Under the pieces are notes generated by a model, which saw nothing but the letters and a program-made list of their open reading frames with translations, searched no databases and was not told the DNA's origin. 64,000 bases of DNA from Rubripirellula sp. (GTDB lineage: Bacteria > Planctomycetota > Planctomycetia > Pirellulales > Pirellulaceae), in NCBI GenBank assembly GCA_965216875.1, contig OZ244207.1, positions 2,880,001 to 2,944,000 on the forward strand, in the 5' to 3' direction. The position numbers and the translations under genes are program-made. Of the stretch, positions 41,573-49,231 are shown piece by piece (position 1 is the first letter of the stretch; every line of letters starts with the position of its first letter).

Positions 41573-42637
41573 ATGCGGTCAGCCAGATTCATGACGAAAC
41601 GACACCGATTCATTCGCTTTAGCCTGAGAACGTTCCTGGTCTCAGTTACCGTGTCTTGCATCTTCTTAGGGATCTGGACCAATCGTGCGAATCGACAGAA
41701 ACGGGCCGTGGGAGCACTCGCGGATGCGGGAGGCAGTTTTGCTTACTCCTACCAGTCGATGGCGGACCCCCAATATCCAAGCGGAGTGCTTAGCGATTAC
41801 GACCCCAACGCCAAACCGCTGACGCCCGAATGGCTACGCAGTCTGATGGGCGATGACTTTTTCGTCACGCCCGAAAGCCTTTCCATAACCATCCCGCCGC
41901 CCGATCGTGCTGTCGACACGAAAGCTCTTGAGCAACTGCAGAACCTGCCGCACCTCGAAAGGCTAACCCTCTACAACGTCAAACTCGACGACGCAGGTGC
42001 GTCCCATTTACAGCACCTTCGAAGGATGCGATTCCTCGTCATCAGCCGGAGTGATTCCACCGTTCCCAATGAGCTTGATGACTTCAGTTTTCTCGAATGC
42101 ATGCCACACCTCCAGGGATTGGTCCTCACCCGATCGAACTTCGACGACGATGATGCAACATCCCTCGCCGGCCTGCCTCGACTCGAGATCCTTTTCTTTC
42201 ACGGCAGCCCCAAGTTGAGCGATGCGGGAATGGCATCGATCGGACAAATCGTGAGCTTGGACAAGCTTGTTCTAGAAGGCACGAAGGTAGGCGACCGGGG
42301 AATCGCTCAGTTGAGTCGCCTGAAGAAACTCCGCGTCCTCGGACTCAAAGGCAGCCCCGTTGGCGATGAAGCAATGGCTGCGGTTGGGCAACTGGCGAAT
42401 CTTGAAGAGCTCGACCTGACTGGCACAAACGTCGGTGACGACGGAGTCGCTCAGTTGAGCAACTTGAAAAAGCTCAAAGCCATGCGACTCAACGAGACAC
42501 AAGTATCCGATGCATCCCTGGACCGACTCTCGCAGATGCCCGGGCTTGTTGAAATTGAACTTCGTCGCACCAAGGTTTCGAATGAAGGACTTCGCCGCTT
42601 GCGCGCAGCGTTACCGAAATGCAAAGTAAGTGATTGA
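41573..42637 (+). CDS. leucine-rich repeat protein, planctomycete type
   Basis: N-terminal 'RFSLRTFL' + TM, LRRs 'LxxLxLxGTxVGDxG', tail 'LRRLRAALPKCKV'. Confidence 0.9.
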   Translation: MRSARFMTKRHRFIRFSLRTFLVSVTVSCIFLGIWTNRANRQKRAVGALADAGGSFAYSYQSMADPQYPSGVLSDYDPNAKPLTPEWLRSLMGDDFFVTPESLSITIPPPDRAVDTKALEQLQNLPHLERLTLYNVKLDDAGASHLQHLRRMRFLVISRSDSTVPNELDDFSFLECMPHLQGLVLTRSNFDDDDATSLAGLPRLEILFFHGSPKLSDAGMASIGQIVSLDKLVLEGTKVGDRGIAQLSRLKKLRVLGLKGSPVGDEAMAAVGQLANLEELDLTGTNVGDDGVAQLSNLKKLKAMRLNETQVSDASLDRLSQMPGLVEIELRRTKVSNEGLRRLRAALPKCKVSD

Positions 42638-42656
42638 CGAACAGCCAAGATTGATC

Positions 42657-42836
42657 CCTGATCACACCAACTTCGAGCACTCCCATTTTTTGCCCTCCAT
42701 CTTTCTGCCTTCTCTCCCGCTCGAAATGATCAGTTGATCGATTTCTTCGATGAGCATCAGCGTCCTGACCTCATCACACCAACACCAAGCACTCCCATTT
42801 TTCTGCCCTCCATTTTTCTGTCCCCTCTTCCGCTCG
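42657..42836 (+). repeat. tandem pair of family D repeat (direct repeat of 41316-41491)
   Basis: CCTGATCACACCAACTTCG...CTCCCATTTTT...TTGATCGATTTCTTCG matches 41316-41409. Confidence 0.8.
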
Positions 42837-42968
42837 GCATCGACCGAATTGCATCCGATACCACGGATGGATTACGATCATTAATGCCCTCTGCCAAAGC
42901 TGTTCATTCAGCGTTTAGCAAAATGGGGAACGATTCGTGGTTGTCCGAACGCCTTCGGAGGCAGTTCA

Positions 42969-43349
42969 ATGGGAACAGGTCGTCGATTTCAATTTAACAT
43001 CCAGACACTGCTCATCGCAGCCTTCGCATTCGCGCTGGGAATGGTCGCAAAGGATGTCGCGAGCGGGCTCCAACGATTCGCATCGCGCGGATTGAGGCCA
43101 GCATCAACAACCCCTGTCCAATCGGGCGACTGGCTTGCGATCGAGTCGATAAGCCACCCTGAATACAACCAACGTGTAAAGGTCTTGGCCGATGACACGG
43201 TGACCATCAAGGGAATTGGGACGATCAACGTCGGAGGTCGAACGCCCCAACAGGTCGAAGGTCAGGTCAAACTTCGGTACCGAACACTCCTTCAAGAATC
43301 GTCCGTCTTCGAAGTGTTTCGGGGTGACGCTTTTCAGGCGCAGCGCTAA
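42969..43349 (+). CDS. small protein with polysaccharide-export (Wza N-terminal Poly_export-like) domain
   Basis: 'VQSGDWLAI', 'V.ADDTVTIKGIGTINVGGRTPQQVEGQV'; N-terminal 'RFQFNIQTLL' + TM. Confidence 0.7.
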   Translation: MGTGRRFQFNIQTLLIAAFAFALGMVAKDVASGLQRFASRGLRPASTTPVQSGDWLAIESISHPEYNQRVKVLADDTVTIKGIGTINVGGRTPQQVEGQVKLRYRTLLQESSVFEVFRGDAFQAQR

Positions 43350-43443
43350 ATCCCGGAAATATGTCAACGGCTTCTGGCAAGTTTCTCAACTGCCGACACC
43401 ACTTTCGTTAGGGTTGATGAGCGTTGCTAAGTGTCTCCACCTA

Positions 43444-43637
43444 CGCCCCACCCCGAGAAGCTTGGAACACTGTTCACCACTCCCCCGGGTTGCTCGACAA
43501 AGGCCCTGCTCAACACTCAGACACGCGTGAAACGCTTGAACGTTCAGGGTTGTGGTGGCCCACCGCCGAGCATGCCACACGGCTAGACTAGAGACGCTCG
43601 AAGCGGGCCCCGGCACGCGCACATTGATTCCGGGGCG
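43444..43637 (+). ncRNA. ssrS: probable 6S RNA (SsrS)
   Basis: ~190-nt intergenic rod-like hairpin: ends pair (CGCCCC/GGGGCG or CCCCGaGAA/TTCCGGGG), TGCTCG 43491/CGAGCA 43567, CCCTG 43504/CAGGG 43545; GGTGGCCCACC (43554-43564) and 3' CGGCAC resemble motifs of 6S RNAs. Confidence 0.55.
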
Positions 43638-43694
43638 AGCTACCAAATCACCACATTCCGCATACAGGCAATCTTCCCCGCTAAGGTCGTTCCC

Positions 43695-44690
43695 ATGAAG
43701 CTAGCCCTACTGACTCCGCTCGTTCTGCTTTGCGCCACTCCCCTCGCTGCTGAGGCCGACGATGTCAAACCGAGCCGCTTCGAACCCACTCGAGTGATCG
43801 ATGTTGGCGATGGAAAACTCCAATCGGTGCAGTTCTCGCCGGACGGAAAACATGTCGCCGCTTGTGGTGACAAGTTCGTAAGTCTGTTCAATATCGAATC
43901 GGGAAAACTCGTCCGCGAATTTGCTGGTCACGAACAAGACATCTTTCGCCTCGCTTTCTCAAACGATGGCCAGTATGTGGCGTCGGGCTCACGAGACAAG
44001 ACGGTGCGCGTTTGGCACGTGGCCACTGGTGATGTTGCTGCGGTCTTGGACGATCCAACAGACCGAGTCATTGGCGTCACCTTCTCGGCCGACAGTCGTT
44101 ACCTTGCGGCGGGCGTCGCGAACTACGATGGTTCGATACGCGTTTGGGATTGCGAAACTTGGCAACAGATCGCCGAGGCGAAAGCCCCAGCAAATTCCAA
44201 TGCGATGTACGTCGCGTTCTCGCCTGATGGCAACTGGCTGGCCACAGGTGAATACCGTGGCGGTACCACTCTCTACCGATTTGACGGCAAGTCGCTACGA
44301 GTGAAGCACAGGAAAACGCACGACAACGGCGAAATGACACCGCACGTCACGTTCCGGCCCGATGGCAGTGCATTCTTGACGAGCAGTTGGGATCGAACGA
44401 TTCGCCTGTGGGACGTCGACACTGGCAGCGAGATCTGGAGACGCAAGACACCACCGTATGCCCGCTGCTTTGAGGCGTCCGTCTTCACGCCCGACGGTTC
44501 GCACCTGTTCACGGTGACGCGTGACGAGACGATTCAAAAACGCGATGGCAAAACCGGCCGCGTTTTGGCCACAAGACGTTGGAATGACGAAGTCAGAGGC
44601 CTCGCGATTTCGCCCGACGGCAAAACACTGTCGACCGTCGGTCATCGTGGCGACATCAAGCTGTGGTCGGTCAGCCAATTCGACCGGTAA
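43695..44690 (+). CDS. secreted WD40-repeat protein
   Basis: Signal peptide; repeats 'FSPDG', 'SGSRDKTVRVW', 'SSWDRTIRLWD'. Confidence 0.92.
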   Translation: MKLALLTPLVLLCATPLAAEADDVKPSRFEPTRVIDVGDGKLQSVQFSPDGKHVAACGDKFVSLFNIESGKLVREFAGHEQDIFRLAFSNDGQYVASGSRDKTVRVWHVATGDVAAVLDDPTDRVIGVTFSADSRYLAAGVANYDGSIRVWDCETWQQIAEAKAPANSNAMYVAFSPDGNWLATGEYRGGTTLYRFDGKSLRVKHRKTHDNGEMTPHVTFRPDGSAFLTSSWDRTIRLWDVDTGSEIWRRKTPPYARCFEASVFTPDGSHLFTVTRDETIQKRDGKTGRVLATRRWNDEVRGLAISPDGKTLSTVGHRGDIKLWSVSQFDR

Positions 44691-45156
44691 CGCGGGGACA
44701 GACCAGCAAGCGATTCGATTCGCAAACTGCCTCCGAGCGCCGATCCCAAGCGTCCGTTCCATAAAGCACAGCGGCCCGCAAAGGGATTGAAGACCGCAGA
44801 TGGACGCAAATGAACGCAGATTGCCTCCTGCCTCATTTGCGTTCATGCGCGTTCATCTGCGGTTGCTTTCCCAAACGGCAACAGAGCACGTCTTTCGTTT
44901 TGGGGACAGAGCACGACCGTTGAGTCGGCTTGGTGCTCTGCACCCGTTGGAGAATTCGTGATGACGCTCTGTGGTAAGTGGGCAAATCGACCGGCAACGC
45001 GAGGACAGAGCGGCAAGCGATTCGATTCGCAAACTCCCGATCCCAAGGGTTCCTTCCAAGAAGCACGGGAGCCGTGGAATTGAAAACCGCCGATGGACTC
45101 AAATGAACGCTGATTGTTCCATGCCTCATTTGCGTTCATGGACGTTTATCTGCGGT
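44677..45156. repeat. imperfect ~180-bp duplication (44677-44863 vs 44985-45156), each copy ending in a REP-like palindrome family E
   Basis: Shared TCGACCGGyAACGCG.GGACAGA...CAAGCGATTCGATTCGCAAACT...CCGATCCCAAG and CCGCAGATGGACGCAAATGAACGC...ATTTGCGTTCATG...ATCTGCGG. Confidence 0.8.
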
Positions 45157-45340
45157 TTACTGCCGTGTGGGAAAGCAACCGCAGACTGATCACGAATGCG
45201 ATGGTCTGAGAAAGTGAGCCAAAGTGGGCATCGAGACGACGGAGTCAGGCGGCCAACGCGTCGATATCTTTGAGGTGGACGAAGCCACGGAAGTCGATGC
45301 GTTCGGTGCAGGAACTCAAATTGACCTGCACAGATCTACG

Positions 45341-45381
45341 AAAAAAGCCCACGTCTCTCGCGTTTCGCGTGAGACATGGGC
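45341..45381 (-). terminator. rho-independent terminator
   Basis: Minus strand GCCCATGTCTCACGCG-AAA-CGCGAGAGACGTGGGC followed by TTTTTT; lies just downstream of the tRNA 3' fragment. Confidence 0.8.
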
Positions 45382-45399
45382 TCTGTTTGCTTCTAAAAG

Positions 45400-45419
45400 C
45401 TACCCCGCAAGGACTCGAA
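45400..45419 (-). mobile_element. att-site remnant: isolated tRNA 3' end (probably tRNA-Gln), border of an integrated island
   Basis: Minus strand TTCGAGT-CCTTG-CGGGGTA-G = T-loop, 3' T-stem, 3' acceptor strand and discriminator; the matching 5' T-stem (CAAGG) and rest of the tRNA are absent. Confidence 0.7.
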
Positions 45420-46084
45420 ACCCGCACCAAAACACCAGCAAACTTCGACATCGAGAATCAAAACACCACCAAAAGCACCACCTTTGCAAACATCATCGAG
45501 CTACTTGAGAATCTCAACGAAGCGGAACTCGCACAAATCCATGAACTCGCATTGGGGTTTACCTCCAAATCAAACCGGTCTGTTTGACTAAAGCTAGTAG
45601 CGCTGACCTCCAATGAAGCACAACTCCTCAACATCAAGACTAGATTGACGGCGGTCGCCCGAGTGCTTTCCGGCCCCCTCGCGAGCCAGATGCACAACTG
45701 CGAACAAAGCCGCGAAATGGAGACTCAACCGATCTGGTGGTGGTATTTCGGTCATTGAGCGTAAAGGTGAGCTAATCGAGCTGTTACTAGAGCTGAAACT
45801 TGGAGAGTGTAGGCAACTCATCAACTCGCTGCGTGCGAAGGTCGACAGTCACGCTTAGGGCCCAGCCATTTCTCCTCGCATCGACTATCGGAGTCTCAAA
45901 GCACACTACCCAAATCCGCGTCGGTGCAGGAACTGATGCCAATTTGAGATCTCGCAACGCGCGTTCGGTTTGTCCAACCGAAGAGACTTTCTAGCCAAGC
46001 TAACTCGCTTCGGTTTCTCGCCTCTATCGAAGGGGAACTCGAGCCTGCGTGATTCTCGATCGACCGCCGTCCCGGAACACGCGA

Positions 46085-49000
46085 TCATTGCGATTTGGTC
46101 GCATTGAGCGTAAGGAGTTTCCCCCCTTCGTAGAATCGGATTTCACAATCCGGTAGCTCACTGGCAAAACTGCGCACGTCGTCCGGAGTGAGAGTTCCAG
46201 GGAGCCGATGGTCCTTGGAAATGGACTCATCAAACAGGTCGATGGACTCCAGTTTTGGGAGATGCTTCAATTGTCGCCATCCGACAGGAGTCAATCCCCG
46301 GACTTCAACGAAAACGAGTTTACGCAGGGAGGTGAGCTTCGCCAACTGACGGGCGTCATCGTCGGTCAAAACAGAGAGCGAGAGGCTCAGTTCTTCCATT
46401 GTCCGCAGGCTGGCAAGTCGCGGCAGATCCGCTGACAGATTGGCGCGGAACTTGCGTAAGTCCACTCGACGAAGTGACTTTGATTCAGCAATTCCCTCCA
46501 GCCAAACGTCATGGCTGCTACTCGGTTGATCAATAGAGATCGATTCCAACGATCGAAATTCCCGCAACGCCGCAACAAGTGCCTGGGTGTGCTGTCGGGA
46601 GGCTTCATGTCCCAATACTCCCCTCAGATGTAAATCACGCAAGCCCGGAATCGCCTTGGCAAGCAACATCAAACGTGAAGGCTCGATTGACCGTTGATAG
46701 TTTTGGATGGTCAAGAACTCCAAATGATGGAAGCGGGCATTGCGGATCAGATCCAGGTGCTTGTCGGTGACTTGCCCAGAGAGAACAACACCTCTGATCT
46801 TGAATGGTTGAGGCGGTAATTGAGAATCAGCCGCGGCGCCGCGACGTTGACCATCGTCGGTTACAACTGCAATCCGATGCCCGTCACCAAGGAACGACGC
46901 AGCGAACTCGCGTTCACCGCGACCGCCAATGGTGACAAGGTTGCCATCATTGACGTATGCGAAGCGGCAAAAGGGCATGTTGTTGGCCAATGCTTCGAGT
47001 TTTTGGTGTGAGATATCAGATGGCAGACCTTGATTCGAGCTCTTTAGGTCAAACGTGACCAAGGCCAACTGCGATGCCGATTCCAGATGCTCGAACACGC
47101 CTGACGTAAGCTTTCCAGTTCGAAGCAGAGTCAACTCTCGAAGATGACTCATCTCACCCAATGGCTGCAGATTGTCGTCCTCAACAAAAACGCTGGCGAG
47201 GACAAGTTTTTCCAATCGGGGCAAGCGTGTCAGTTGACGTAGCATCGAGGTGGTGACGCTTCCTTCAAGTTCCACGCGTTTGAGTGAAGGCATCGCGGCG
47301 ATCCCTGCCGCCCAAGCTTCAGCATCGGGGTTGCCCGGCGCAACGTGGATGCGAAGGCCTTCCAACTGTCGAAAGTCCATCAGAATCGGAAGGACGTCTT
47401 CGGCAGACAGCCCGGTCGAAGTCCCATTGCTGCCCCAGCACGTGAGGCCGCCAATGTTCAGCCGTTTTAGATTTGGGTACGCCTCCACCAAAGATGCCAA
47501 GCTATTCGCGGTGAGCAACGGTTGCCTGTGGAAAGTGACGGATTGTAGACGTCCCAGCCTCGCGTCAGCGAGTGCCTTCACATCCACGTCCGTTGCGTTT
47601 GGTGCGGCACCCATGAAGTAAACATCAACAATCTTGAAAGGCTCTTTCGGCATGTGATGCTGGAGACTTCCCACGCCACCGAACGTCTTGTCACCCGCGA
47701 TCACGGTCAGGTGTCTACCCTCGCCCAGGAATCGCTGCGCAAATTCAACGTCGACATCACCTCGCGGCACGGAGGGCAGACCAGCGACAACCGTGGTGGG
47801 GCCGTCTTCGGCTGGATCTGCGGAGCGAGGCGTTTCGTTGATGCGATCGACTACGACATCAGTATCGGGTTCGACGTCCAAGACATCGTTTGAACTCCTC
47901 CGAGATTCCAGATACACGGCCAACGAAACCGAAGCCACCACGACCAACGCCGCCAATGGTATCCACAACAGCCGAAACGGCGATGTGGCTTTCGGATGGG
48001 GACGCGATTGTTCGCTACCGCGGCCATGCGTTTGCGAATGGACATGCGTCGTCGCATCTTGATGCATTGCGACCGTATCTGGTTCCGTCTCAGTCGCCGT
48101 TGCGTGAAGTGTCTCGATGGAGTGTCCGGTGCAAAAGGGTTCCAGGGCTCGAGCCATTTCGCCTGGCGTAGAGTATCGCTGATTGGCATCGTGAGAGAGG
48201 CTACGATCGATCACGTTCACCAGGGTCTTGGGAAGACCTTTTCGAACTTCGCTAAGCGATGGGAGCTTTGCCAGCGCCAACGCAGTCAGCTTCTCTACAG
48301 GTGTCGAGTTTCCCTCGCAGTCCAAAGGCGCTCTGCCGGAAAGCAGCTTGAAAAGTGTTGCGCCCAGGCTGAAGATGTCGCTGCGGATATCAACGCTCCC
48401 GGCGCGATCACCTTGTTCTGGTGCCATGTAGTCGATCGTGCCCAAAATTTGACCAGAGTGCGTCAGCTTCTGCGATGCATTTTCATCGAGATGGATTCGC
48501 GCCAGCCCTAAGTCCAGCACCTTCACTGTTCCATCGGGCGTGAGCATGAGATTGGACGGTTTAATGTCCCGGTGCACCAAGCCTTTTTCGTGGGCGGCCT
48601 GCAAGGCGAGCGCAGCCTGGCGACCGATCTCGCAGGCATCGGCTACACTCAACGGGCGCTTTCGCCGCATGATACAAGAAAGGTTTTCCCCCTCCACATA
48701 CTCCAACAACAGATAGAACAGCCCGTCGCTTTGCGCGGCACTGTAAGCGGTGACGATTCCAGGATGATTCACCCGACCGGCTGCGGCAATTTCGCGTGCA
48801 AAACGCCTTTGCGCACTTGCTTTGCCCATCGTGTGCGGGGGCAGGACCTTCACGGCCACGAGTCGCTGGAGGCTCTCTTGCCAAGCAAGGTAGACTTTTC
48901 CCATCCCACCTTGTCCCAGCAGCCTACGCACGTCACAGCCAGGAATCTGAGGAATCGGATCCTCGCTGATCTCTGCCAGACGGGTTTCATCGAGTAGCCG

Positions 49001-49213
49001 ATTGGCGAATTCCTGAGCGAGCTGACCATTCCAGCCGACACCATTGGTTGCTACTGAGCGATTCACGTTCGGCAGCGCCACCCGCGCCTCGAGGCGTTCT
49101 TGGCAAGCTTCGCACGAAGCGATATGCCATCCCCACGACTCTTGTTCGGCCGCTGAAGCTTGGCCACCCAAAAAGCGGTCGAGTTGGTCGCTACGGAGGC
49201 AGGAGGCAGACAT
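46085..49213 (-). CDS. membrane Ser/Thr protein kinase: N-terminal ZAS/zf-HC2-like zinc motif, kinase, TM, two LRR modules
   Basis: 'HIASCEAC', 'LGQGGMGKVY', 'VAVK', 'HRDIKPSN', 'DLGLA', 'YMAPE', TM 'LLWIPLAALVVVASVSLAVYL', LRRs. Confidence 0.93.
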   Translation of the reverse strand: MSASCLRSDQLDRFLGGQASAAEQESWGWHIASCEACQERLEARVALPNVNRSVATNGVGWNGQLAQEFANRLLDETRLAEISEDPIPQIPGCDVRRLLGQGGMGKVYLAWQESLQRLVAVKVLPPHTMGKASAQRRFAREIAAAGRVNHPGIVTAYSAAQSDGLFYLLLEYVEGENLSCIMRRKRPLSVADACEIGRQAALALQAAHEKGLVHRDIKPSNLMLTPDGTVKVLDLGLARIHLDENASQKLTHSGQILGTIDYMAPEQGDRAGSVDIRSDIFSLGATLFKLLSGRAPLDCEGNSTPVEKLTALALAKLPSLSEVRKGLPKTLVNVIDRSLSHDANQRYSTPGEMARALEPFCTGHSIETLHATATETEPDTVAMHQDATTHVHSQTHGRGSEQSRPHPKATSPFRLLWIPLAALVVVASVSLAVYLESRRSSNDVLDVEPDTDVVVDRINETPRSADPAEDGPTTVVAGLPSVPRGDVDVEFAQRFLGEGRHLTVIAGDKTFGGVGSLQHHMPKEPFKIVDVYFMGAAPNATDVDVKALADARLGRLQSVTFHRQPLLTANSLASLVEAYPNLKRLNIGGLTCWGSNGTSTGLSAEDVLPILMDFRQLEGLRIHVAPGNPDAEAWAAGIAAMPSLKRVELEGSVTTSMLRQLTRLPRLEKLVLASVFVEDDNLQPLGEMSHLRELTLLRTGKLTSGVFEHLESASQLALVTFDLKSSNQGLPSDISHQKLEALANNMPFCRFAYVNDGNLVTIGGRGEREFAASFLGDGHRIAVVTDDGQRRGAAADSQLPPQPFKIRGVVLSGQVTDKHLDLIRNARFHHLEFLTIQNYQRSIEPSRLMLLAKAIPGLRDLHLRGVLGHEASRQHTQALVAALREFRSLESISIDQPSSSHDVWLEGIAESKSLRRVDLRKFRANLSADLPRLASLRTMEELSLSLSVLTDDDARQLAKLTSLRKLVFVEVRGLTPVGWRQLKHLPKLESIDLFDESISKDHRLPGTLTPDDVRSFASELPDCEIRFYEGGKLLTLNATKSQ

Positions 49214-49231
49214 CTTCGGCAAATATCAAAA

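Noticed and set aside
45400..45480. Intact tRNA gene
   Set aside because: Only the last ~20 nt fit; no complementary 5' T-stem, anticodon arm or 5' acceptor strand is present
45270..45858. ORF 45270-45587 and a similar short 'IELL' helical frame ending at 45858 as genes or integrase remnants
   Set aside because: The first reads through the terminator and att site; neither has integrase motifs or a convincing start
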